Positions 29,614 through 37,931 of a stretch of 51,783 nucleotides of DNA are shown here, one piece after another. Location of the stretch: IMG/VR virus record IMGVR_UViG_3300031652_000006, positions 1 through 51,783 of that record, one strand, 5' to 3'. This DNA is from a virus. Its lineage: Duplodnaviria > Caudoviricetes. The position numbers and the translations under genes are program-made. A model generated the notes under the pieces. It made no database searches, was not told the origin of the DNA, and was given only the letters and a program-made list of their open reading frames with translations. Positions within the stretch are counted from its first letter, which is position 1. Each line of letters starts with the position of its first letter.

Positions 29614-29817
29614 TTATTTCGTTTCTGTTCCCTTATTTCGCCCGCTATTAATAATTCTGAGGAGGGCCCAAACGCTCGGCGAGTTTGGTGCCATGTCGAC
29701 AGGCCTTTTTCTGAGATCTTCTCTTGATGGCCCAGTCTCGATGACATGTGGGTCACGCTTCTCGCTTTGCAGAGAATATTGAATTTTTGATTTTTTCATT
29801 TTCATTCTTCTCCCCAC
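29614..29817 (-). CDS. Hypothetical protein
   Basis: ORF on the coding strand; start uncertain. Confidence 0.45.
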   Translation of the reverse strand: MGRRMKMKKSKIQYSLQSEKRDPHVIETGPSREDLRKRPVDMAPNSPSVWALLRIINSGRNKGTETK

Positions 29818-29821
29818 CGGG

Positions 29822-29995
29822 CTAATCGTCTAGCCGCGCTAGACGCCAGTTTATATCTGATCTCGTTACTACTAACTGTTTCAATTCGTCACATGAAAAG
29901 AATGTTATAGGATCACATACGTTCTTTTCGTAGACCCAAAAATAATATTGATCGAAATCTACGTAGAAATTGCCACGCTCGAAGATTTTATTCAT
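29822..29995 (-). CDS. Hypothetical protein, 57 aa (MNKIFERGNFYVDFDQYYFW..); not in the ORF track
   Basis: SD AAGGAG; overlaps upstream stop; translated by hand. Confidence 0.7.
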   Translation of the reverse strand: MNKIFERGNFYVDFDQYYFWVYEKNVCDPITFFSCDELKQLVVTRSDINWRLARLDD

Positions 29996-30233
29996 CTGTA
30001 TCTCCTTCTTCTCGCCTTTTTGCCGCCATTTCCCACAGATGGCTGATTCTGACAGTCTCCGCCTTTTTTACTGGACAAGTGTCGCACTCGTCCCCGACTT
30101 TCCCGGGACACTCTCCACAGTTAAAATATTTTAATACGCTCTCTGCATGAGCGAGCGTGAACTCACCATCGTATTTACACATTGCTGCCCATAGTTCGCT
30201 CTTTGTCCATGTCCATGTTTTTTCCGTATTCAT
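29988..30233 (-). CDS. Cassette gene: small Cys-rich protein
   Basis: SD AAGGAG directly after hairpin repeat R1; two CxxC motifs. Confidence 0.8.
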   Translation of the reverse strand: MNTEKTWTWTKSELWAAMCKYDGEFTLAHAESVLKYFNCGECPGKVGDECDTCPVKKAETVRISHLWEMAAKRREEGDTDE

Positions 30234-30250
30234 CTCATCTCTCCTTTATA

Positions 30251-30310
30251 GCCGAATCGGCTGCCACTCCCGCCCGCCACAGAGTGACGGGCAGGGTGGG
30301 GGTCGGTTCA
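30251..30310 (-). repeat. Intergenic GC-rich hairpin repeat R1
   Basis: TGAACCGACCCCCACCCTGCCCGTCAC-TCT-GTGGCGGGCGGGAGTGGCAGCCGATTCGGC on the minus strand. Confidence 0.95.
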
Positions 30311-30610
30311 GACAAATAGTTTTTTCAATTTTTCTACTACCGCCTCGCCCCCATCTCCGATCCAATTGGCCAGGTCGCCCAAATCTTCCTCAGAACAACC
30401 GTCGGGACCAGCCCAGCACTCAGCGATCTCCTCAGCATAGTCAGGCAACTCATCAACTGACAGCTCACGCTGATAGAACTGCATGATTGTATTTCGATTC
30501 CAATCGTACTCCCCTACCTCAAAAGCTGGTATTTCATCGAGAGTACAGATCCACGTTGTACCTTCGGGAATTCCAGTAGAAACCAACCAATTTAGTATCA
30601 ATTTTGTCAC
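30308..30610 (-). CDS. Cassette gene: small acidic protein
   Basis: GTG 30610 after AAGGAG; stop overlaps R1. Confidence 0.8.
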   Translation of the reverse strand: MTKLILNWLVSTGIPEGTTWICTLDEIPAFEVGEYDWNRNTIMQFYQRELSVDELPDYAEEIAECWAGPDGCSEEDLGDLANWIGDGGEAVVEKLKKLFV

Positions 30611-30628
30611 TTTCTTTCTCCTTTTTCT

Positions 30629-30674
30629 GGCCGAATTGTCCGCCATGACTGGCGGGCAGGGTGGAGGTCGATTA
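30629..30674 (-). repeat. Hairpin repeat R2 (3' arm partly deleted)
   Basis: TAATCGACCTCCACCCTGCCCGCCAGTCATGGCGGACAATTCGGCC. Confidence 0.9.
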
Positions 30675-31250
30675 GTCGTGTGTAATCATGATTGCAATGT
30701 CGAAGGTATCATTTCCTTCGGCGTCTGTATTGCCATCCCCTGTCCATTCGGCTACAGCACCTACTGGAGCTATCAGCTCACGTATGCGATGCAACTCGAC
30801 ATCCGCATCGGGGTAGTCGTCACTATCCTCCGGCGATGCCTCTCCCGCTGACACCGCGAGTATGAGTCGGTCATCGTCGGATGAGGCAGAAAGATCATAT
30901 CCCTCTGCCTCGATTATGGATCGTACTCGATCCAACATATCAGATAGCAAAATAAATTCGATATACCCATATTTCGATATATATTCTGCTGTTCCTCTCG
31001 GCTTATGGCCGATCGCTTTCCAAACCTTCCCGTCATCCATCTGTATGATCGCTGTACCGCTGTACGATGGCACCGTTCCCCATCTTACGGTACGATACGA
31101 CCGATCATCTATTCCATTTAAGAGAGCCAACTCATATGTCGGCTCTTTGCTGCGCAAGTCGCTGGATAAAGATGTTGCACGTCGCACTAGGACGTCTAGC
31201 TGGTCAGCACTCATCCCACTTAGGTCGCATTCTTTCGCCATTTTACTCAT
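30672..31250 (-). CDS. Cassette gene: apparently two-domain protein with very acidic C-terminal half
   Basis: ATG 31250 after purine-rich RBS following R3; stop overlaps R2. Confidence 0.8.
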   Translation of the reverse strand: MSKMAKECDLSGMSADQLDVLVRRATSLSSDLRSKEPTYELALLNGIDDRSYRTVRWGTVPSYSGTAIIQMDDGKVWKAIGHKPRGTAEYISKYGYIEFILLSDMLDRVRSIIEAEGYDLSASSDDDRLILAVSAGEASPEDSDDYPDADVELHRIRELIAPVGAVAEWTGDGNTDAEGNDTFDIAIMITHD

Positions 31251-31266
31251 CTTTTTCTCTTTTTCT

Positions 31267-31326
31267 GGCCGAATCGGCCGCCATTCCCACCCGCCATGAC
31301 TGACGGGCAGGGTGGGGGTCGGTTCA
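31267..31326 (-). repeat. Hairpin repeat R3
   Basis: TGAACCGACCCCCACCCTGCCCGTCAGTCATGGCGGGTGGGAATGGCGGCCGATTCGGCC. Confidence 0.95.
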
Positions 31327-31617
31327 GCGATCTGGTCCCTCGTCACTTTCCCCGGACAACCACGCCGCGCATGCAGCTTCGGCATCCTCGGTCGACGGGT
31401 ATCTACCGAAGATCATATCACACCACATCCACCAGGCCCCCGCTTCGTCGTCTGTGTCGAGGTATAGGAGTCCAGGATCCTCGCTAGCTATCTCTTCTGC
31501 ATACTCTACACAGACATCATCTAGATGTCCCTCAGTGTCGTCTGCGTATTTGCAGAGCTTAGCGTTGGGGTTTGCGCGCTTGAATTCGATAGCCTCGTAC
31601 GCGATCAATTTTATCAT
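31324..31617 (-). CDS. Cassette gene: small, highly acidic protein
   Basis: ATG 31617 after AAGGAG; stop overlaps R3. Confidence 0.8.
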   Translation of the reverse strand: MIKLIAYEAIEFKRANPNAKLCKYADDTEGHLDDVCVEYAEEIASEDPGLLYLDTDDEAGAWWMWCDMIFGRYPSTEDAEAACAAWLSGESDEGPDR

Positions 31618-31634
31618 TTCTTTCTCCTTTACTT

Positions 31635-31696
31635 GGCCGAATCGGCCACCACTCCCGCCCACCACTGAGTGATAGGCAGGATGAGAGTCGATTCTA
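31635..31696 (-). repeat. Hairpin repeat R4
   Basis: TAGAATCGACTCTCATCCTGCCTATCAC-TCA-GTGGTGGGCGGGAGTGGTGGCCGATTCGGCC. Confidence 0.95.
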
Positions 31697-31867
31697 GTTA
31701 CTCGGTCGGCTTTGCTCTATTTCCTTGCCGAGCGCTTCAGCACACATTCTTCCGAGTTCGCCTCTCTCTTTGGTGGAGAGTTCGCGCATCTCGCTCATGG
31801 TGACTTTTCGGCCACCGTCTGCCTCGAAAAATTCTTTGATCGCTTTTACATTTGTTGTTTTTTCCAT
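31694..31867 (-). CDS. Cassette gene: 57-aa protein (MEKTTNVKAIKEFFEADGGRKVTMSEMRELS..); not in the ORF track
   Basis: SD GAGG; stop TAG overlaps R4; translated by hand. Confidence 0.8.
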   Translation of the reverse strand: MEKTTNVKAIKEFFEADGGRKVTMSEMRELSTKERGELGRMCAEALGKEIEQSRPSN

Positions 31868-31897
31868 TGCTCTTTCCTCTGTTTTTTTGCTGCTTGA

Positions 31898-31943
31898 TTG
31901 CAGCTCATATTATTAAGTATAGGGGCTAAATTAATAAGCGCAA
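31898..31943 (-). promoter_or_regulatory. Putative early promoter, copy 2 (TTGCGC-16-TATACT)
   Basis: ~46-bp near-identical duplicate of 32304-32349; sigma70-like boxes; A-tract upstream. Confidence 0.75.
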
Positions 31944-31980
31944 GCCTTTTTTAATGAAATTTATAGATCGCAATTTTTTA

Positions 31981-32038
31981 CCGTAAATCGGCCACCATTC
32001 CCATCCGCCACTGGGTGGCGGGCAGGGTTGTGGGTCTA
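31981..32038 (-). repeat. Hairpin repeat R5 (divergent)
   Basis: TAGACCCACAACCCTGCCCGCCAC-CCA-GTGGCGGATGGGAATGGTGGCCGATTTACGG. Confidence 0.9.
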
Positions 32039-32278
32039 AGATATATAGCGACCTGCATTTTTTGGATCGCTTTTAACGATCCGCATACACAGGGGACAAG
32101 GTGTCATCTGTCCAAGATCTGGATGTATCCATGGTCTCACACGTAGGCGATCAGCCCACGATTGATCGTAAGAACCAACCGGAGCACCACAGATAGTACC
32201 CCTACAACGATTTGACTTGTCGCGGTACCACATGTTACCGCGTGCTGGTTTCAGCTGTTTTCTGATATGAAAAATCAT
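32036..32278 (-). CDS. Cassette gene: small basic protein with possible Zn ligands (TICG..CPLC)
   Basis: ATG 32278; stop overlaps R5. Confidence 0.7.
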   Translation of the reverse strand: MIFHIRKQLKPARGNMWYRDKSNRCRGTICGAPVGSYDQSWADRLRVRPWIHPDLGQMTPCPLCMRIVKSDPKNAGRYIS

Positions 32279-32303
32279 TTCTTTCTTCTTTCTCGCTGCT
32301 TTG

Positions 32304-32349
32304 TTGCAGCTCATATTATTAAGTATGGGGACTAAATTAATAAGCGCAA
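32304..32349 (-). promoter_or_regulatory. Putative early promoter, copy 1 (TTGCGC-16-CATACT)
   Basis: Duplicate of 31898-31943. Confidence 0.7.
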
Positions 32350-32352
32350 CAA

Positions 32353-33933
32353 TTAAAAAGCTCTTTTTAGAATTTTCGGATATTTATTATCCATTCTCAC
32401 TAGAATTTGCTTTGGCTTTTTAAACTCTGATATTCTGTTCAGGGCTTCTTGAACCGTTTTAGGTGGTACAGTTTTTGCAACTTCTCTCCATACTTTACTA
32501 CCTATAAAAGAGGCAAACCCGACATGCTCAAAGCATAGCCATTCTCGGATTTGTTTTTTTCCACACTGGTAGATCAGCATTAAAGACGGAGGCGACTTTG
32601 TCTTGATATTTGCTTTGGCATACAGCCGATCAACGTCGAACCAAATCTTCTCAGTCTCTTTTTTTATTATGTCCCGTTCGTCGTTTTCTTTCTCGAGTCG
32701 CGTCATTGCCGGAAATTCATTTCCACAGTCTGGGCAAATTTTTGTTGTTGCATGTACAATTGATTTGCACTTTTGGCAGACCTTAACAAACACATTTCGA
32801 CCTTTACCGCGACCATTACATTTTTTGTCGGGAACAACGACATCGTTAATAGGTCCGAGTCTCTTAGTATTACCGGCAAAATCCAACACGAGACAGTTCT
32901 GTTTATAGGGTGCTGGCCTAGTACCACGCCCAACAGTTTGTACCCACAATCCAGGTGAGCACATAGGTCTAAGCATAATGATTAAATCTATAGCTGGAAA
33001 GTCAAACCCCGTGGTTAGCAATTGCGCATTAACAAGCGCACACAAAGAACCATTCATGAAAGCCTTTAGAGTTTCACTTCTTTCTTTATCCGACATTTTT
33101 CCATCTATGGTAGCAGCTTTAATACCTAGTCTATTCAATTCCGCTGCGATGTGCCGACTGTGGTCCAACCCCGTGGAAAACACTAGCCAATGATCTCTGT
33201 TAGCGCCTTTAATAGTTGCCTCTTTTAGCGCTGCTTTTGTAATAGATATTTTATCGACGGCTTGCTGTAATTCTTTTGGCATATACTCGCCACCTCGGAT
33301 ATGTACTTTCGATACGTCTAATTTTTCATCGGTTTCTTTTGTTATTAAATTAGACAAGTAACCGTGGTCAATATACCAATTAAAGCTGTCGAGTTGTGTG
33401 GAGTCATGACAAATGTCATCAAAAATAGTACCTTCAGTAAGCAATCCGCTGTTGAGTCTATATGGAGTAGCACTTAATCCTATTATTCGGATTGACTTAT
33501 TTTTTAGTTTGAATTGATTAAGTGCTTTTTGATACATGGTATTACTTCGGTCCGGTATAAGATGACACTCATCAACGATTATATAATCAAACACACCTAA
33601 TTGATCAGTTTTGTCGTAGATAGAAGCTATACCAGCAAAAATAATATCTTCGGTCGTATCTCTTTTTCCTATTCCTGCTGAGTATATTCCTATCGTTTTA
33701 CTAGGTCGATAGTAGTTAAAAAGCTGTCGATAATTTTGTTGTATGAGTTCTTTTATGTGGGTTAATACTAGCACGCGTTTGTTTTGATACTCGGAAAAGT
33801 ATCGAATTAACGCCGCAATTATGATGCTTTTGCCGGTACCTGTTGGCATCGCAATAATAGGATTGCCGCGTTTTTTATGTAGATAAGCTAGTGTCTGTTT
33901 CAAGACACTTTTTTGATACGACCGTAATTTCAT
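32353..33933 (-). CDS. SF2 DEAH-box helicase, RadD-like, with C-terminal Zn finger
   Basis: PTGTGKS, DECH, GLSATP, LTTGFD, QTVGRGTR, CQKC..CPDC. Confidence 0.95.
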   Translation of the reverse strand: MKLRSYQKSVLKQTLAYLHKKRGNPIIAMPTGTGKSIIIAALIRYFSEYQNKRVLVLTHIKELIQQNYRQLFNYYRPSKTIGIYSAGIGKRDTTEDIIFAGIASIYDKTDQLGVFDYIIVDECHLIPDRSNTMYQKALNQFKLKNKSIRIIGLSATPYRLNSGLLTEGTIFDDICHDSTQLDSFNWYIDHGYLSNLITKETDEKLDVSKVHIRGGEYMPKELQQAVDKISITKAALKEATIKGANRDHWLVFSTGLDHSRHIAAELNRLGIKAATIDGKMSDKERSETLKAFMNGSLCALVNAQLLTTGFDFPAIDLIIMLRPMCSPGLWVQTVGRGTRPAPYKQNCLVLDFAGNTKRLGPINDVVVPDKKCNGRGKGRNVFVKVCQKCKSIVHATTKICPDCGNEFPAMTRLEKENDERDIIKKETEKIWFDVDRLYAKANIKTKSPPSLMLIYQCGKKQIREWLCFEHVGFASFIGSKVWREVAKTVPPKTVQEALNRISEFKKPKQILVRMDNKYPKILKRAF

Positions 33934-33984
33934 TTGTTTGTTGATTGTCTTACGCTACAGACAGTCTATAACCTAATTCTTGAG

Positions 33985-34146
33985 CTATTTTTTAAAAGCG
34001 GTTATACCAAGCTTAGTTCTAGCGCGTTGAACAGCAGAAGCCGATACACCTAATTTATCCGCTATAACACGATCTGATACTTCACCTAAATGTTATTTGT
34101 CCCAAGCTATGTTTTTTTCTTGGCCATAAGCGCACATCCTAAACAT
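33985..34146 (-). pseudogene. Interrupted HTH protein gene
   Basis: IAWDK*HLGEVSDRVIADKLGVSASAVQRARTKLGI; in-frame TAA at 34093-34095. Confidence 0.65.
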
Positions 34147-34210
34147 AGTATACACAAAATTAATAAAAGCGATACTTTTTTAAAGCTACGCATTTAATTA
34201 CGTGTATTAT

Positions 34211-34426
34211 TCAGGAAATCGACAAAAATGTATCCTGCCATAGCTTACGATAAGTCGGGACTTTGCTTGCGACTCGACAACAATTACAGCAATTCGCTCT
34301 AAGAAAACCGACTACAGCTCTACGTGCGGACAGTAAATCAGTATAGGATCCTTTTAATCGTTCTTTTGGTACATCTATAACACGATAAACATTATCTATT
34401 TTTATGATTATATATTTTTTTGGCAT
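34211..34426 (-). CDS. Hypothetical protein
   Basis: SD GAGG; operon context. Confidence 0.6.
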   Translation of the reverse strand: MPKKYIIIKIDNVYRVIDVPKERLKGSYTDLLSARRAVVGFLRANCCNCCRVASKVPTYRKLWQDTFLSIS

Positions 34427-34431
34427 ACTAA

Positions 34432-35409
34432 CTAACCTCGTATTGCTTCGATTATTTCACGAAGCATAAAGCTATTCGTATTGGCTGGCCCGTACAAAAT
34501 TAATTCTTTTCGATTCGGCAGTATAATTTCCATCGAAATGTTTTCTGTGTCTACATTTTTTATTTTTGTTTTATATGGTAGTAAATCTTCATGATAAATA
34601 TGTCCTTCACAAAAAGAATTTGTATTAGATATTAAATTTTTTGGTAAATACTGTTGACATTTCCATGATTTCTTTACAGTTGGTTTGCAAAAAGCGCACG
34701 TGCGACAATTTATTTCTACGGGGGCTACCTCCCAACAAATATCGCGATAGTCGCACATCTTGCATTTAAAAAACGTTTTTGTCTTAGCAATACGAGAGGG
34801 TGCTGAGTCACTATAAATTATTTGTTTTGCTCTTTTTATATACTCCTTTGCAACCGATTTCTTTATTTTAAATTGTTCGAGATGTATCTCTTCAGTATTC
34901 GCATTTAAAGCAAAATACAAAACGTAATTTAACTTCATTAGATAGGCATATACCGTTGCTTGGATATAATGCTGTAAAAAAGCTTTTTCAACTTTGTTCT
35001 TTACTAATTGCTTAAAGTACTGATCACCATGTGTCTTTATTTCTAGTACGTGTGGTTTGGGACCTAATTCAATAGCTTTGAGAATACCGTCTAAGCTACC
35101 ACCAAAATGGCCATCTAGTGTGGATACTTTAAACTGTTTGTTATTTTTATTGTGTGTCCACAATGTAGCGCCGGATTGTTTTAACCAAACCGATACACGT
35201 GGTTCAGTGATTAAACCTCGTTCAAAGATTCTTAATTTACGGGCGTCGTGCTTGATTTTTTTTGCCCATCTAAATGTATACCAGATGTATCGGGCACAAT
35301 CGTGTCCAATAATAGAGGCACCTAGATGATTTCTAAAATTGTACTTAGCGTTTTGCTCGATAGCTGTATTGATACTGCTTAGCAGTTTGTCGGTAGGTTT
35401 TATAGGCAT
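34432..35409 (-). CDS. PD-(D/E)XK exonuclease, Cas4-like phage recombination nuclease
   Basis: HLGASIIG..C, GSLDG, LEIKT, QxxxY, CKMCDY..C. Confidence 0.9.
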   Translation of the reverse strand: MPIKPTDKLLSSINTAIEQNAKYNFRNHLGASIIGHDCARYIWYTFRWAKKIKHDARKLRIFERGLITEPRVSVWLKQSGATLWTHNKNNKQFKVSTLDGHFGGSLDGILKAIELGPKPHVLEIKTHGDQYFKQLVKNKVEKAFLQHYIQATVYAYLMKLNYVLYFALNANTEEIHLEQFKIKKSVAKEYIKRAKQIIYSDSAPSRIAKTKTFFKCKMCDYRDICWEVAPVEINCRTCAFCKPTVKKSWKCQQYLPKNLISNTNSFCEGHIYHEDLLPYKTKIKNVDTENISMEIILPNRKELILYGPANTNSFMLREIIEAIRG

Positions 35410-35418
35410 GATCGTTCA

Positions 35419-36108
35419 TTACTTTCGTGCTTTTCTACCTTTTTTTGTGGCTTTTTTAGTAGTTTTCTTTGTATTTTTAGTTTTAGTCTTTTTCTTTACG
35501 GGTTTTTCTTCTTCCTCGTCATCTTCCCACGGAAAGCTTTCTTCTTCGTCATCTTCTTCCTCGGCATCTTCTTCGACATCGTCCCAAGGTTCTGATTCTT
35601 CTTCTGTATCATCTTCCTCGGCGTCGTCCCACGGTTCTGATTCCTCATTTTCCTCTTCAGTGTCCTCTATACTCTCGTCAGCATCCCACGATGTATCCTC
35701 GGAATCGGCTTCTTCAAATTTTGAGTAAACTTGAATTTTATTTTGATCTTTATAGCCATTAGTACCCGGTGCAACAACTACATTAATAAGCAAAGGTTTG
35801 TCATGCAATTGTTGCGTATTCTTAATACGCTTTATTCCAAGTGCATGACAAATAGCCGACAATTGTGCTTCGGCTATTTGAACAGCTTCTTTATTAGGGT
35901 TAACCAGATTAAGACGATCAAATAGAACGCGTCCCTTGTACTCCGGTCCCATTACTTTGACCTTAATTTTAAGATGTTTTCCTTTCCCAGAATTGTTTTT
36001 AACCATTTCCGTGGCGACAATTTTTGCCTGATATTCACCTGCTGGTATCAAACCAAAACCTTCGTTAGGTGCGACCTTTCCTGCGTCAAATTCAAAATCT
36101 ACTCCCAT
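35419..36108 (-). CDS. ssDNA-binding protein, DUF669-like
   Basis: IPAGEY, GPEYKGRVLFDRLNL..A..IA..LSAIC..QLHDKP; next to Sak4. Confidence 0.85.
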   Translation of the reverse strand: MGVDFEFDAGKVAPNEGFGLIPAGEYQAKIVATEMVKNNSGKGKHLKIKVKVMGPEYKGRVLFDRLNLVNPNKEAVQIAEAQLSAICHALGIKRIKNTQQLHDKPLLINVVVAPGTNGYKDQNKIQVYSKFEEADSEDTSWDADESIEDTEEENEESEPWDDAEEDDTEEESEPWDDVEEDAEEEDDEEESFPWEDDEEEEKPVKKKTKTKNTKKTTKKATKKGRKARK

Positions 36109-36112
36109 CTAA

Positions 36113-36790
36113 TTACTCCTTAACACTGCGCATGATCTTATTTATTATGCGCGTCAAATTTGGTGACTCTTTTTTGTTTAGTGCACCGCTTCTATCCTTA
36201 GCGATGCACTGAAAATTTGCTTGTGTTCTTAGAAATCTTTTTCCATCATTATCAGCTTCCATTCGAAAAACACCGTCAAATAAAAACTGCAACTTGTTTT
36301 CTAATTTACCGCCCGGCATATTAGGCGAAAAGTAAACAGAAGAATCCTGCCTATCTACTGTGGATACCTCCTGTGCACTGAAATAAACGTTCTTACCTGG
36401 TAGATCTCGAAACTGTTTTATAAGTGGCACAACGCTGTCAATTAGTTCACCATACGCTTGACGCTTGTCTTTGAAACGTGTTTTCGCATCTGTTAAGACT
36501 ACCTCAGCAATTTCAGTTATTGAATCTAAACATACTGTTTCAAACACTTTCGCTTTTGCACTTTTACTTACAAAATTGAACGCTTCGATTATGTCACCAT
36601 AACTTCTAATTGGAATAACAGGAATATCAAATTCCCGTAACGAAAGCAAACCACCTTCACAGGTTAAAATGATAGGTTTAGGTGCTGTTGAACAGAGCTT
36701 TGTTTTACCAACCCCAGCTTTACCATACACAACAATTTTTACACCGTTAATTCGTGCCTGTTTTTTTGTTGTTGTAAAAATTAAGGACAT
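36113..36790 (-). CDS. AAA_24 / Sak4-like ATPase
   Basis: YGKAGVGKT, EGGLLS, LDSITE, AKDRSG. Confidence 0.92.
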   Translation of the reverse strand: MSLIFTTTKKQARINGVKIVVYGKAGVGKTKLCSTAPKPIILTCEGGLLSLREFDIPVIPIRSYGDIIEAFNFVSKSAKAKVFETVCLDSITEIAEVVLTDAKTRFKDKRQAYGELIDSVVPLIKQFRDLPGKNVYFSAQEVSTVDRQDSSVYFSPNMPGGKLENKLQFLFDGVFRMEADNDGKRFLRTQANFQCIAKDRSGALNKKESPNLTRIINKIMRSVKE

Positions 36791-37167
36791 TTAATTTTCT
36801 CCAATTTACAGTTACAAATTCTTTGTCCTGGATTGTAACAATGAACAAAACCTTTATAGCTATTGTAACATTGACGATTACTATTTATATGACTTTGTCG
36901 AAATAAATCTTTTGTATCTATTATCTCCTCTTTCCAATCATCAGGAGTATATCCAGTTAACTCCCACGCTAAAACACCTCCAGTAATTTTTTTACTTCTG
37001 ACAATTCGCTTACTTTTCATTCTACGAAGATAAGTACCGGCTGTGCTTGTAGCGGATGCACCCGTAAGTTTAAAAACAGATACACCAATTTGTTTCGTTG
37101 TACATGTTCCATTTTTACGAATATATTCTACAATAGACTTATACTTATAGTTAACATCTTTTTTCAT
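36781..37167 (-). CDS. Putative winged-HTH protein
   Basis: IVEYIRKNG..TTKQIG..YLRRM..W pattern. Confidence 0.55.
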   Translation of the reverse strand: MKKDVNYKYKSIVEYIRKNGTCTTKQIGVSVFKLTGASATSTAGTYLRRMKSKRIVRSKKITGGVLAWELTGYTPDDWKEEIIDTKDLFRQSHINSNRQCYNSYKGFVHCYNPGQRICNCKLEKIKCP

Positions 37168-37930
37168 AATATTTTTTTATCAGCTGCTTTTCAGATTTAT
37201 TAAATACATCGTTACGTAGAGCCCATCTAATATAGCTATTTGGAACATTATTAATATTTTTGCCAGAATGTTTACCGAAAGTCAATATTAATTTATGATT
37301 TTTCATCACGACTCTCGTAGGCTCGTGTATAGTTGCTAAACAAAAATTAGATACATCCGTAATACAACCGTTTAGTTCAGTGTGTTTCCACAACATATTT
37401 TTAAACACTTCGGCTGTTGCTTCGGTATCATGCAAAGCGTTGTGCGCGTCTACAAAATTTTTTGAAGTATAGCATTTAAAGGCACCTGCCAATGTGTGAG
37501 GTAACAATTTTTTGTACAGTACAAACACATCAATGATATTTTTATCCTCTATAAGAAGTGTCTTGTTCAACGCGTTTTTAAAGTGTCTTTGCAGTATCGG
37601 AATATCAAAGCCATAGTGATTATATCCTGCCAAGTCACAATCTTGAAAAAAATTGTATAATTTAATAGCTATTTGCTTAAAAGTTTTCTTATTTCTAATT
37701 TTTATGTTGGTTATACCGTGTATATCGCTTGCTTCTTTTGGTATATTCATTTCAGGATTTAGTATTATGTTTAATTTTTTTGCTTTATCAGCTGACCAAG
37801 CGCCAGCCTGATTAGCTTGATATGTGTATTTTATCGCCGCAATTTGAACGATACGATCTTTTTCCACATCAATACCTGTTGTCTCTAAATCAAAAAAAAT
37901 AAGATCACGTACTAATTTTAGTTGAAACAT
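37151..37930 (-). CDS. DnaQ-like 3'-5' exonuclease (DEDDh)
   Basis: FDLETTG, GYN..FD, HNALHD; C-terminal FGKHSGK..VP..YIRW module. Confidence 0.93.
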   Translation of the reverse strand: MFQLKLVRDLIFFDLETTGIDVEKDRIVQIAAIKYTYQANQAGAWSADKAKKLNIILNPEMNIPKEASDIHGITNIKIRNKKTFKQIAIKLYNFFQDCDLAGYNHYGFDIPILQRHFKNALNKTLLIEDKNIIDVFVLYKKLLPHTLAGAFKCYTSKNFVDAHNALHDTEATAEVFKNMLWKHTELNGCITDVSNFCLATIHEPTRVVMKNHKLILTFGKHSGKNINNVPNSYIRWALRNDVFNKSEKQLIKKYYEKRC

Positions 37931-37931
37931 A

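Noticed and set aside
28335-29782. Long plus-strand ORFs (28335-28739, 29099-29782; likewise 35339-35728)
   Set aside because: Phe/Ser-rich antisense shadows of Lys/Glu-rich minus-strand genes.
29827-29845. Perfect 8-bp hairpin CGTCTAGC/GCTAGACG
   Set aside because: Single copy inside a coding 3' end, no U-tract, and unrelated to the cassette repeat; could be chance.
31251-31385. N-terminal extensions of cassette ORFs in the ORF track (also 30611-30646 and 31618-31665)
   Set aside because: They translate the hairpin repeats; SD-supported starts lie downstream.
30251-32038. CRISPR array or canonical integron
   Set aside because: Spacers are whole genes of 170-580 bp, the repeats are degenerate, there are no attC core consensus sites, and no cas operon or IntI gene. 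The Cas4-like nuclease sits in a normal Sak4/SSB recombination module.
30251-32038. Hairpin repeats as intrinsic terminators
   Set aside because: No U-tract follows them on the coding strand; a purine-rich RBS follows instead.
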